Below, piece by piece: positions 36,681-46,391 of a DNA stretch of 64,000 bases. Below the pieces are notes generated by a model that was given only the letters and a program-made list of their open reading frames with translations, was not told where the DNA came from and ran no database searches. A program made the position numbers and the translations under genes. Origin of the DNA: an uncultured Pseudomonadota bacterium (GTDB lineage Bacteria; Oederibacteriota; Muellerivitia; Muellerivitales; Muellerivitaceae); the NCBI GenBank assembly GCA_963770835.1, contig CAVYRH010000010.1, positions 96,001-160,000 of the forward strand, in the 5' to 3' direction. The first letter of the stretch is position 1. The number at the start of each line of letters is the position of its first letter.

Positions 36681-36718
36681 GAAAGGCTTCAAAAGAAAAG
36701 CGAGGAAAGGTTTGAGGA

Positions 36719-37831
36719 TTGGAAACGAGCAAGAAAATCATCATCACCGGCGGGGGGACGGGGGGGCATATTTTCCCCGGCATCGCCATCGCGCGAGAAC
36801 TGTCGAAACACCTGGAGGTTCGAGTGCTTTACGTGGGTAAGGCCGAGGGACTGGAATCCAAGTGGGTCCCGGACTCGGGGTTCGAGTTCGAGGGCATCCA
36901 AGCCAGCGGTTTCCCGCGGGGGCTATCGGTGAAGCTTTTCACTTTTTGGCTCGACTTCGCGGCTGGAATGGCCCAGGCAGGCCGGATTTTGAATAGCTTC
37001 CGGCCGGATGTGGTTTTTTCAACGGGTGGTTACGTTTCGGTGCCGGTTTCATTGGCGGCGGCTTTGAGGGGGGTTCCGGTGGGTCTTTTCGAGCCCAACG
37101 TGGCACCCGGCTTGGCGGCCCGGTTTTTATCCTTTTTCTCAAGGAGGATTTTCGTCGGGTTTGAGGAGACTTTAAAACGCTTTTCCAAAAGGAGAACCCA
37201 ATGGACGGGAATTCCGGTGCGGGAAGAAATTGTGACGGCGGAAAAGAAGAAGGCGCGGGAGAGTTTCGGCTTGAACCCGGATACGACAACGCTCCTGATG
37301 CTGGGAGGCAGCCAGGGGGCCCATACGCTGAACCAACATATGACGGATGTGATCAAGTTCCTAGGGGACGGGGACCAGAAGGTCCAAGTGATCATGATGA
37401 CCGGCTGGAACGACTACCGCAAGACGGTGGACCAGCTGGAAAAATGCGCCCTCAAGGTAGTGCTGAGGCCCTTCATCAGCAACATCCACGAAGCCTACGC
37501 GGCGTCCGACCTGGTGGTAGCGAGGTCCGGGGCCATGACCTGCGCCGAAACCTTAAGCCGGGGATTGCCGGCTCTTTTTATTCCATATCCCCACGCTTCC
37601 GGACACCAGGAGATGAATGCGAGGGCGCTGGAGAGGGCTGGATCGGCAGTCGTGATTACCGAAAAAGAGCTGGACGAAGAAAGCCTCACCCGGACGCTGA
37701 TTTCCCTGGTCTCGGATGAGGGGAAGCTGAAAGCCATGGGAGAAAAAGCGCGCCGCCTGGCCAAGCCCCAGGCAGCCTCCGACATCGTGAAAAGCCTGTT
37801 GGAAATGACTGAAAAAAGGAAAAGCGCGTGA
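36719..37831 (+). CDS. murG: Lipid II GlcNAc transferase
   Basis: GGGTGGHIFP, GGYVS.P, GGSQGA, RSGAMT.AE. Confidence 0.97.
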   Translation: METSKKIIITGGGTGGHIFPGIAIARELSKHLEVRVLYVGKAEGLESKWVPDSGFEFEGIQASGFPRGLSVKLFTFWLDFAAGMAQAGRILNSFRPDVVFSTGGYVSVPVSLAAALRGVPVGLFEPNVAPGLAARFLSFFSRRIFVGFEETLKRFSKRRTQWTGIPVREEIVTAEKKKARESFGLNPDTTTLLMLGGSQGAHTLNQHMTDVIKFLGDGDQKVQVIMMTGWNDYRKTVDQLEKCALKVVLRPFISNIHEAYAASDLVVARSGAMTCAETLSRGLPALFIPYPHASGHQEMNARALERAGSAVVITEKELDEESLTRTLISLVSDEGKLKAMGEKARRLAKPQAASDIVKSLLEMTEKRKSA

Positions 37832-39231
37832 AAGCGAAAAGCAAACTATCAACCCAGCCCTTCGCCAATGTCCGAAGGATCCATTTTATCGGCATCGGCG
37901 GAGCCGGCATGAGCGGCATCGCGGCTGTGCTTTTGAGCCTGCATTACGAGGTGACGGGTTCGGACCTGAAGGCTTCGGAAGTGACCGACCGGCTGACTGA
38001 AATGGGTGCCAAAATCCATTTCGGGCACAAAGCGGGGAATGCAGCGGGAGCGGATGTGGTGGTGTATTCGGCCGCCGTGCCCATGGACAACCCGGAAATC
38101 CAAGAGGCCTATAAGCGGGCCATTCCGGTCATCCCGCGCACCGAAATGTTGGCGGAGTTGATGCGCTTGAAATACGGGATTGCGATTTCGGGCACACACG
38201 GCAAGACCACCACTACCTCCATGATCGGGCTGGTTATGACTGAAGCCAAGCTGGATCCCACCCTGGTCATCGGCGGGCAGGTGGACGTGTTCAAGTCCAA
38301 CGCCAAACTGGGTAAGGGGGACTACCTGGTAGCCGAGGCCTGTGAGGCTTTCGGCGAATTCTTCCTGCTTTCACCCATGATTTCCGTCGTCACCAACATC
38401 GACGACGACCACCTGGACTATTACGGTTCCATCGACAAGGTGAGGGACGCCTTCGTGATCTTCGCTAACAAGGTGCCCTTTTACGGCTGCGTAATCTTAG
38501 GGATCGACGACAAACAGGTCCAAATGATCCTGCCCCAGATCAAGCGCCGGACCATGACCTATGGCTTCTCCAAGGACGCCCAGGTCTCGGCCCATAAAGC
38601 ACGGCTCGAAAAAGCGGGATCGATATTCGAGGTCTTCCACCATGGAAAGAAACTGGGGACGGTCAAGCTGAACGTTCCGGGACGGTTCAACATCCAAAAC
38701 GCCTTGGCGGCGGTGACTGTGGGCCTGGAACTGAAAGTGCCTTTCAAGAAAATCACGGCGGGCCTGGCTCGGTTCCATGGGGCCAAGCGGCGGTTCGAAG
38801 TGCGGGGCGCTTTCAAGGGCGCCAGAGTGGTGGATGATTACGCCCACCATCCCACGGCGGTGGCCGAGACCCTAAAGGCCGCGAAGAATTTCGCGGGCTC
38901 CAAAAAACTCCTGGTGGCGTTCCAACCCCATCTTTTCTCCCGTACCCAGCTGCTCCGGGACAAATTCGGCAAGTCCTTTGGGGACGCGGATGAAGTAGTA
39001 ATCGCGGCCATATACCCCTCCCGGGAGAAACCCATCCCGGGGGTCACGGGCATGACCCTGGTGGAGGCCATCCGTGAGAACGGACACAAGGACGTGCAAT
39101 ACATTGAGGACCGGGTCGAACTTTTGGAATACCTGAAGGGCCATTTAACCGACCGGTATGTGCTTTTAACCATGGGCGCGGGCGACATTTGGAAATTGGG
39201 AACCGACCTCGTGCAGAAGCACAAGGGTTGA
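37828..39231 (+). CDS. murC: UDP-MurNAc--L-Ala ligase
   Basis: IHFIGIGGAGMSG, GTHGKTTT, DHLDYY, DDYAHHP, FQPH. Confidence 0.97.
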   Translation: MKAKSKLSTQPFANVRRIHFIGIGGAGMSGIAAVLLSLHYEVTGSDLKASEVTDRLTEMGAKIHFGHKAGNAAGADVVVYSAAVPMDNPEIQEAYKRAIPVIPRTEMLAELMRLKYGIAISGTHGKTTTTSMIGLVMTEAKLDPTLVIGGQVDVFKSNAKLGKGDYLVAEACEAFGEFFLLSPMISVVTNIDDDHLDYYGSIDKVRDAFVIFANKVPFYGCVILGIDDKQVQMILPQIKRRTMTYGFSKDAQVSAHKARLEKAGSIFEVFHHGKKLGTVKLNVPGRFNIQNALAAVTVGLELKVPFKKITAGLARFHGAKRRFEVRGAFKGARVVDDYAHHPTAVAETLKAAKNFAGSKKLLVAFQPHLFSRTQLLRDKFGKSFGDADEVVIAAIYPSREKPIPGVTGMTLVEAIRENGHKDVQYIEDRVELLEYLKGHLTDRYVLLTMGAGDIWKLGTDLVQKHKG

Positions 39232-39236
39232 GTGGC

Positions 39237-40226
39237 ATGATCGCAGGAAACGTGCTTTCGACTGGAGAAAGGATCGATGTGGACTTTCGGGAATTGAAAC
39301 ATTTAATCAAGGGAAAGGTGGAATTCAACCATCCTGTGGCTCCCTATACGACCTACCACTTGGGCGGAGAAGCGGCGGTTTTCGCCGAACCCCAAACGAC
39401 CGAGGATTTGGCGGAGCTCCTGCGGTGCATGACCCACGCTGGAGTGCCCTACTTGATGTTGGGGGGTGGTAGCAACGTCCTCTTTGCCGACGAGGGTTTT
39501 AAAGGCTTGGTAATCCGGCTGGGCCGGGGATTCCAGGGTATCCATATCGAGGGCGACCGGGTAAGGGCCAAGGCCGGTACCCAATTGGTGACGGTTTTAG
39601 CCAAGGCTCGGGAAGCGGGATTGGGCGGGGTGGAGTTTTTCGCAGGCATCCCGGGGACCATCGGCGGGGCGGTAGTGGGAAACGCGGGCGCCAAAAAGGC
39701 ATGGATCGGGCCCACGGTGGAGGACTTGACCATCGTCACATCCCATGGACAAGTCAAACATTTGAAAAAAGCCGACTACGTCTATAGCTACCGGAATTCG
39801 TCCCTGAAACTGAGCGGCAACGTGCTGGTGGAAGTTGTGCTGAGGCTAAAGAAAGAGACTAAAGACGCGATTGAAAAAAAAGTGAAAGAATATTTCAAGG
39901 TCCGCCGGGGCAAACAGCCCCGGGTTGAGAAAAACGCCGGCAGCGTTTTCAAGAATCCCGAAGGGAACTTCGCGGGAAGGCTGACCGAATCCGTGGGGTT
40001 GAAGGGGTTCAAGGCCGGGGGTGCCAGGGTCAGCGAGATCCACGCCAACTTCATCATCAACGGAGGCACTGCCACCGCCCATGACGTGGTGGCCGTGATG
40101 CGGGAGATTCAGAAAAGAGTTTGGGCGGAGTACCAAATCCGATTGGAGCCCGAGATCCTGCCGCTGGGGGATTGGGATTGGAACGAAATTAAAGATGTTT
40201 TTTGGAACTTAAAAGGCAGCCGATAG
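39237..40226 (+). CDS. murB: UDP-N-acetylenolpyruvoylglucosamine reductase
   Basis: LGGGSNVL, GIPGTIGGA..GNAGA, AGSVFKNP, HANFIIN, LEPE. Confidence 0.96.
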   Translation: MIAGNVLSTGERIDVDFRELKHLIKGKVEFNHPVAPYTTYHLGGEAAVFAEPQTTEDLAELLRCMTHAGVPYLMLGGGSNVLFADEGFKGLVIRLGRGFQGIHIEGDRVRAKAGTQLVTVLAKAREAGLGGVEFFAGIPGTIGGAVVGNAGAKKAWIGPTVEDLTIVTSHGQVKHLKKADYVYSYRNSSLKLSGNVLVEVVLRLKKETKDAIEKKVKEYFKVRRGKQPRVEKNAGSVFKNPEGNFAGRLTESVGLKGFKAGGARVSEIHANFIINGGTATAHDVVAVMREIQKRVWAEYQIRLEPEILPLGDWDWNEIKDVFWNLKGSR

Positions 40227-40275
40227 TTGGCAGCTTTTAGGTTTTAATTAACCGCCAAAAGCTAATAGCTGTAGC
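40217..40275. repeat. Short inverted heptamer arrays at the murB stop
   Basis: CAGCCGA TAGTTGG CAGCTTT ... AAAAGCT AATAGCT GTAGC. Confidence 0.55.
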
Positions 40276-40329
40276 GGAACGACGCCTATTACAACAGGGC
40301 TGGGAAATTTAGGAGGACCGGAGAGCGAG

Positions 40330-41265
40330 ATGAAAGTAGGCGTTCTGATGGGCGGATGGAGCCCGGAAAAAAAGGTTTCCATGATGTCCGGGAAAGGCGT
40401 AGTGGAAGGTTTAAAAGCAGCCGGCGTCAAGGCTGTACCGATGGTTTTGACGGCGGCGGATAAGAACGAAAAACGGCTTGGGAAAAAGCTCAAGGCCGCC
40501 AGGTTGGACGCTGTTTTTATCGCCTTACACGGCGGTTTTGGGGAGGACGGAACCTTGCAGTCTTTATTGGACAAATGGGGAATCTCCTATACGGGTTCGG
40601 GGGCATTGGCCTGCGGTTTGGCAATGCACAAGGGCTGCTCCAAACTCGTTTTTGAGGCCAATGGGATTCCAACGGCGCCTTGGCATGCCTTGCATAAGAG
40701 CCTGGAAAAGGTTAAGTGGCTCAAGGAAATAAAGCTGGGCCTGCCTTTGGTGGTCAAACCGGCCGACGTGGGTTCGGCCATTGGGGTGACGATCGTGAAG
40801 AAGAAGCAGGAATTGGCCAAAGCCGTTCAAAAGGCGTTCAAGTACAGCTCGTGGGCGATTGTGGAGAAATTCGTTCCCGGGGTGGAAGTGACCGTCACCG
40901 TTTTGGGTGAAAGGGCGCTTCCGGTCATCGAAATCGTCCCCAAAAACGAATTTTACGATTTTGACGCCAAGTATACCCCGGGGCATTCGGAGCACCTCGT
41001 TCCAGCCCGGATACCGGCCAAGAGCACCCAAAAGGTAAAGGCTTTCGCCGTCAAAGCGGGCAAAGCCATGGGTTGTGAGGGTTACTACCGGGTGGATTTT
41101 ATCGTTCCCAAGAAGGGGGAACCCCAGATTTTGGAAGTGAATACGGCGCCCGGCATGACGGCCACCAGTTTGGTGCCGGACGCGGCCAAAGCGGCAGGAA
41201 TACCCTTCCCGAAGTTTTTGAAGGCCTTGGTCGGGATGGCAATTAAAAGAAGGAAAAAAGCCTGA
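40330..41265 (+). CDS. ddl: D-alanine--D-alanine ligase
   Basis: LHGGFGEDG, VKP...GS.IGV, YDFDAKY, LEVNTAPGMT..SLVP. Confidence 0.97.
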   Translation: MKVGVLMGGWSPEKKVSMMSGKGVVEGLKAAGVKAVPMVLTAADKNEKRLGKKLKAARLDAVFIALHGGFGEDGTLQSLLDKWGISYTGSGALACGLAMHKGCSKLVFEANGIPTAPWHALHKSLEKVKWLKEIKLGLPLVVKPADVGSAIGVTIVKKKQELAKAVQKAFKYSSWAIVEKFVPGVEVTVTVLGERALPVIEIVPKNEFYDFDAKYTPGHSEHLVPARIPAKSTQKVKAFAVKAGKAMGCEGYYRVDFIVPKKGEPQILEVNTAPGMTATSLVPDAAKAAGIPFPKFLKALVGMAIKRRKKA

Positions 41266-42281
41266 TGTATTACCGGGGTTCACGGGTTCCTTTAAGTGAA
41301 AAATCGCCCCGGTTCCATACGGCGGGTGTGAGCTACGGCATCCGGTTCAGGAATGTAATGACGGAAAAGAAGGCAGAGAAAAGCTTTTTCTTGAGGTGGG
41401 CGGAGGAAAAAGAAAAACCGGTGGGGACCGGCAGTCGAAAAGCCTACGCATTTTACCGCCCAGGGGTGACCGCTGTAGACGATACCCCGGCTTTTTCGGA
41501 AAGAAAAAGAACTTGGGTTCCCAAGGCGTCGGCGTTATCGGGCGCCACCTGGATTCTCAAACTGGCCGGAGTAGTTTTACTGATGGTGGTGGTGGTTTGG
41601 TCGAAAAACAAAACTACCGCCCTGCTCCAGGACGTGGCCGGCTTAAGGCTGGAAAAGGTGACGGTGGATGGGAATCACTACCTTTCGGAAGATGAAATCG
41701 TAAAAACCGCGGCACTGCCGCTGGGGGAAAGCATGTTTAAGCTGGATTTGAACGGCGCTTTGAAAAAGGTCAAAGGCATGGGTTGGGTGGACCGGGTTTT
41801 CATTGAAAGACGGTTGCCCCGTTCCATCGTCATTTCCGTGAGGGAGCGCAAGCCCGTGGCCCTCCTGGATAACGGAAGCCTTTACGGCGTCGACGCCGAG
41901 GGGAGGATTTTGCCCTCCTCGCCGGCAATTTTAAGGGAGGATTTGCCGTTGATTTCCGGCCTGTCAGCCAATACGGAAGCGGAAGGAACGACCCAATCCG
42001 CCGAGGCCCTCGGGCCGGCTTTGGATGTCCTCTCATCCATCCAAAAGAAGGATTCGGTTTTGGCCCAGGATGTATCCGAGGTCAATCTTTCGGAGCCGGG
42101 CTCCCTAAAAGTGACTTTTATCGACGGCATCCAAGCCACCTTTGACCCGCCGGTCCAGGAGTCGGATCTTCGGAGGATGGCATTGGTGTTGAGCGATTTG
42201 AGCGGGAAAGGGAAGCGAGCGGCCACCCTGGATTTTAGGTACCGCGACATGGTGCTGGTCAAGACAAGGGAGGGCAAATGA
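41265..42281 (+). CDS. ftsQ: Cell division protein FtsQ/DivIB; long N-terminus, start uncertain
   Basis: TM, POTRA-like V.GNHYLS...W V..V.IERRLP..I.I.V.ERKPVA, LDFRY. Confidence 0.9.
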   Translation: MYYRGSRVPLSEKSPRFHTAGVSYGIRFRNVMTEKKAEKSFFLRWAEEKEKPVGTGSRKAYAFYRPGVTAVDDTPAFSERKRTWVPKASALSGATWILKLAGVVLLMVVVVWSKNKTTALLQDVAGLRLEKVTVDGNHYLSEDEIVKTAALPLGESMFKLDLNGALKKVKGMGWVDRVFIERRLPRSIVISVRERKPVALLDNGSLYGVDAEGRILPSSPAILREDLPLISGLSANTEAEGTTQSAEALGPALDVLSSIQKKDSVLAQDVSEVNLSEPGSLKVTFIDGIQATFDPPVQESDLRRMALVLSDLSGKGKRAATLDFRYRDMVLVKTREGK

Positions 42282-42496
42282 AGCCACAGCGCATTCTTCA
42301 TTCGTACCGCAAAGGGCTGAAAAGGATGGTGGAACCCTCCCTGAAGGCCGTCGACCGGGCGAAGCAGTTGAACTTGAAAATGATCAAAGTTTGTTTCGGA
42401 CCTTGCCGCTGCTTTTCGGCACCGAAAAGATAATCTCATGCGAAAACAACGGAAGCAGAACTTGAACTTAAAAACCGAATCAAAGGGGGTGGTTGA

Positions 42497-43750
42497 ATGG
42501 CTAAGGAAATGAAGCAAGACATAGTGGTGGGGTTGGACCTGGGGACAACCAAGGTCTGCACCATCATCGGCGAACAGGATGACGAGGGACAGGTTCACAT
42601 CATCGGGGTAGGTACAACACCCTCCACGGGTCTTAAAAAGGGGTCGGTGGTTAACATCGAACAAACCATCGCCTCCATCAAGAAATCCGTCCAAGACGCC
42701 GAACGCATGGCGGGCGTGGAGATTTCATCGGCCTATGCTGGCGTGGCGGGCGGGCATATCAAAGGTTTGAACAGCCGCGGGGTCATCGCGGTTTCCAGGA
42801 AGGATAAGGAAATCACTGAGGACGACCGGGAAAGGGTGATCGAGGCGGCCCAAGCCATCGCCATTCCCCTGGATCGGGAGATTATCCACGTCATCCCGCA
42901 GGAATACATCGTAGACGACCAGGACGGTATCAAAAACCCAGTGGGAATGTCAGGAGTGAGGCTGGAAGCCGAGGTACACGTGGTGACGGGCGCCGTTACC
43001 AGCGTGCAGAATATCGTGAGGAGTGTTGAACGGGCCGGCCTGCAAGTAGCAGATATCATTTTGCAACCGCTTGCTTCCGCCGAAGCCATCCTCTCGGCCG
43101 ATGAGAAAGAACTGGGAGTGGTTTTGGTCGACATCGGCGGCGGGACCACCGACATCGCGGTCTTCATCAACGGCTCCCTTTGGCACACCGGGATCATCAC
43201 CCTGGGGGGCACGTTGGTGACCAGCGACGTGGCGGTCGGGTTGCGCACCCCCAACACGGAAGCCGAAAGCATCAAGATCCAATATGGCTGCGCTTACACA
43301 GCCATGGTGAAGGAAGAAGAGGAAATCACCGTGCCCGGCGTGGGAGGACGGCCCGATCGGCGTATGCCGCGGCGGGTCCTCTCCGAGATTATCGAGGCCC
43401 GTATGGAGGAGATATTTGAGTTGGTGGGAGCGGAGCTGAAAAAGCACGGTTTCGAGGACCGGATCCCGGCGGGGGCGGTGTTCACGGGTGGGGCTGCCCT
43501 GATGGAAGGCACCGCCGAACTTGCCGAGAAAATCCTCCAGCTGCCCGTGAGGATCGGCTCTCCCAAACGGGTGGGCGGGCTGACGGATGTGGTGTCCAAC
43601 CCCAGTTATTCAACGGCTGTGGGGCTGGTATTGATGGGCATGCAATCCCAAAACCAGCAGGGCGGCAAGAAGGGGCAGGGCTTTTCCGGCGCCGACGCCT
43701 TCGGGAACATCCTCAGCCGCATGAAGAAATGGTTCGGAGATTCTATCTGA
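42497..43750 (+). CDS. ftsA: Cell division protein FtsA
   Basis: GLDLGTTK, P.GMSGVRLE, DIGGGTTD, AESIKIQYG, TAVGL, C-terminal amphipathic RMKKWF. Confidence 0.98.
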   Translation: MAKEMKQDIVVGLDLGTTKVCTIIGEQDDEGQVHIIGVGTTPSTGLKKGSVVNIEQTIASIKKSVQDAERMAGVEISSAYAGVAGGHIKGLNSRGVIAVSRKDKEITEDDRERVIEAAQAIAIPLDREIIHVIPQEYIVDDQDGIKNPVGMSGVRLEAEVHVVTGAVTSVQNIVRSVERAGLQVADIILQPLASAEAILSADEKELGVVLVDIGGGTTDIAVFINGSLWHTGIITLGGTLVTSDVAVGLRTPNTEAESIKIQYGCAYTAMVKEEEEITVPGVGGRPDRRMPRRVLSEIIEARMEEIFELVGAELKKHGFEDRIPAGAVFTGGAALMEGTAELAEKILQLPVRIGSPKRVGGLTDVVSNPSYSTAVGLVLMGMQSQNQQGGKKGQGFSGADAFGNILSRMKKWFGDSI

Positions 43751-43865
43751 AAAGTTTGAAGTAAGGAATTGGGTAGGGAGCCTTCATAAAAGATGGGGAG
43801 GCAGACGGCAAGCTGGTAGCCGAAGGATACCGGCAACAACGAAGTTAAAAGAGGGGGAAAAAGAA

Positions 43866-45029
43866 ATGATCGAGTTCGCGGAAGACGATGTGACGCAGTA
43901 CCTGGCCCATTTGAAGGTTATTGGAGTGGGCGGCGGCGGATGCAACGCTGTCAATAAGATGATCGAAGCCGGGATCGAAGGGGTGGAATGCATCGCGGCC
44001 AATACGGATTACAAGTCCTTAAGACGCAGCAAGGCAATCAAGAAAATCCAGCTGGGCAAGGCACTGACGAAGGGGTTGGGCTCGGGGGGAAATCCCACGA
44101 TCGGCAAGGAAGCCGCCCTGGAATCGACCGACGAGATCCACAAGTGCCTGGAGGGCGCCGATATGGTGGTGGTGGCCGCCGGCATGGGTGGGGGCACCGG
44201 TACGGGCGCCGCACCCGTGGTGGCTGAAATCTCAAAAAAACTGGGGATTTTGACGGTGGGTGTGGTGAGCCGACCTTTTGAGCACGAGGGCCCGGTCCGG
44301 AAGGCCCAGGCTGAGGATGGGCTTCGCGCCATGCTGCCCCATGTGGATGCCATTGTGGTGATTCCCAACGAGCGCATCAATCTGGTGTGCGAGCAGGACA
44401 TTGAACTGTCCTCCGCCTTCGCCCGAGTGGATGAGGTGCTGGTGCAGGCCATCCAGGGTATTTCGGTGATCATCCACTCCGAAGGAATCATCAACCGCGA
44501 CTTCGCCGACGTGCGGCGCATTTTGACCGCCAAGGGCAAGGTGCTGATGGGCATGGGCGCGGGCACGGGCGAAGACCGGGCCTTGAAAGCCGTGCAAAAG
44601 GCCGTCAACAGCCCCCTCCTGGAGGACGTGGACATCGCCGGTGCCACCGCCGTTTTGGTGCTGGTGACCGCCGGGGCCAACTTCACCCTGAACGAGTTCA
44701 ACCAGATCAACGGGTTCCTCCAAAAGGCCGCCCGCCCCGGGGCCGAGATCATCCCGGGTATCGTGCGGGACGAGAACCTGAAGGACGGGCTGAGGGTCAC
44801 CATCATCGCCACGGGTTTCGACGCCCAGAAGGATCCGGACCAGATGGCGACGGTAATCGACCTGAAAAATTTCGTGACGCCCAATTTCAACACGGCCAAG
44901 GCCAGTTCGTCCCAATCCGCTCCCATGGAAGAGATGGAAGGGGATATGACGCTGAAATTGTCCGATGGGCAATACGATATTCCGGCCTACTTGCGGCGCC
45001 GTTTGGCCAGCAAGCCGTTCCAGAACTGA
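43866..45029 (+). CDS. ftsZ: Cell division GTPase FtsZ
   Basis: GVGGGGCNAVN, GMGGGTGTG, N.DFADV, C-terminal DIPAYLRR. Confidence 0.97.
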   Translation: MIEFAEDDVTQYLAHLKVIGVGGGGCNAVNKMIEAGIEGVECIAANTDYKSLRRSKAIKKIQLGKALTKGLGSGGNPTIGKEAALESTDEIHKCLEGADMVVVAAGMGGGTGTGAAPVVAEISKKLGILTVGVVSRPFEHEGPVRKAQAEDGLRAMLPHVDAIVVIPNERINLVCEQDIELSSAFARVDEVLVQAIQGISVIIHSEGIINRDFADVRRILTAKGKVLMGMGAGTGEDRALKAVQKAVNSPLLEDVDIAGATAVLVLVTAGANFTLNEFNQINGFLQKAARPGAEIIPGIVRDENLKDGLRVTIIATGFDAQKDPDQMATVIDLKNFVTPNFNTAKASSSQSAPMEEMEGDMTLKLSDGQYDIPAYLRRRLASKPFQN

Positions 45030-45101
45030 AAACCAGCTGGCGGCCGTTGGTCTTCAGCCCGCCATAGGGCACGGACCAACGATTGTCGAGAAAGAAAAAG
45101 A

Positions 45102-46391
45102 ATGCTGAAAGAGCGGTTCGGCAAAACGATAAAGATTTTAGGTTTGGCATCAGCGGCATTCACGGTGCCGTTGATGGCCTTTTCCCAGGACTACAAGGAG
45201 ATCGATCTTTCTCCCTTGCCAGTCCTGGATTCATCCCAGGCAACGAAAACGCCGGTGGCTTCGGTTTTCGGCTCCGTTTCAACGCTGGGGATGAATGATG
45301 AACCTTTTTTTGTGCTTTGCTACCACCGTTTCTTGAACCATGTGGATGAAGACGAGGACTTAACCACGGCCGAGTACCAAATGCCGTTGGAAGAGTTTAA
45401 GTGGCAGATGCAGTACTTGAAGGATAATGGGTTCCATCCCATTTCCAAGGAACAGCTGATGGGTTACTGGTTTCAAGGGAAACCCCTCCCCTTGAAACCG
45501 GTCCTCATCACTTTTGACGACGGGTTCCGCACCGTTTACCGGGACGCATTTCCTGTGATCAAGGCCGACGGTTATCCCACGATCCTCTTTCTCTATACGA
45601 AATTCATCGAATACAGGGAATTGGCGATGAAAAAGAAGGACGAGAAAGGGAAAAAGAACAAGACCCCGAGGAAATTTGAGGCTCTGGAAGACGCCGACAT
45701 TTTGGAAATGGAAAAGTCGGGGATGATCGTGGAATCCCACACTGCCAACCACTTGAATCTGGGGTTAGAGGGTGAGAAAAGAAGTGCCGCCGATGCGCAA
45801 AAACTATGGACCTACGAGCTGAACCAGCCTTTGACCTTCATCGAAACCCGGTTCAAAAACAAACCCGACTGGCTGGCCTATCCTTATGGGGTTTACGATC
45901 CAGGCGTCCTTGAGACGGTTGAACAGGAGGGCTATAAGCTGGCTTTCACCGTGAATCCCGGCCCGAACGACCGGACCATCCCCCCCTTGATGCTCAAACG
46001 CAACTTAATTCTTTATCCCATCAGTCACCAGAGATTTGCCGATATTTTCAAGGATAGGGTTCTACACCTGAAAAACCTCTCGCCCGGCGACGGCGACTTG
46101 ATTGATAGCCAGGAGCCGGTCATTACGGCTGAAATTTTGGATGATGTCGTGCCTAAGTCCGTCAAACTCCAGATCGGGAACCATGTCATGCGGGTTCAAT
46201 TTGATCCCCAAACCCATATATTTCGCCACCAAATCGGAGAGCCCTTACCACGGGGAGGGCATATCCTGACCGCCCTTGCTACGGATAAAAACGGGAGTAC
46301 CCGTGTTTTTAACTGGTATTTCCGGATTAAACACCAAGCGCTGGAAAAAAACTCCAAGGATACTGGTGTCAATGATGCCATTGAAAATTAA
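45102..46391 (+). CDS. Secreted polysaccharide deacetylase (CE4/NodB) with C-terminal Ig-like domain
   Basis: LCYHRF, LITFDDG, ESHTANH, AYPYG. Confidence 0.92.
   Translation: MLKERFGKTIKILGLASAAFTVPLMAFSQDYKEIDLSPLPVLDSSQATKTPVASVFGSVSTLGMNDEPFFVLCYHRFLNHVDEDEDLTTAEYQMPLEEFKWQMQYLKDNGFHPISKEQLMGYWFQGKPLPLKPVLITFDDGFRTVYRDAFPVIKADGYPTILFLYTKFIEYRELAMKKKDEKGKKNKTPRKFEALEDADILEMEKSGMIVESHTANHLNLGLEGEKRSAADAQKLWTYELNQPLTFIETRFKNKPDWLAYPYGVYDPGVLETVEQEGYKLAFTVNPGPNDRTIPPLMLKRNLILYPISHQRFADIFKDRVLHLKNLSPGDGDLIDSQEPVITAEILDDVVPKSVKLQIGNHVMRVQFDPQTHIFRHQIGEPLPRGGHILTALATDKNGSTRVFNWYFRIKHQALEKNSKDTGVNDAIEN

Noticed and set aside
812..40275. CRISPR array interpretation of the short repeats
   Set aside because: Units are 7 nt and tandem, with no unique spacers and no cas genes
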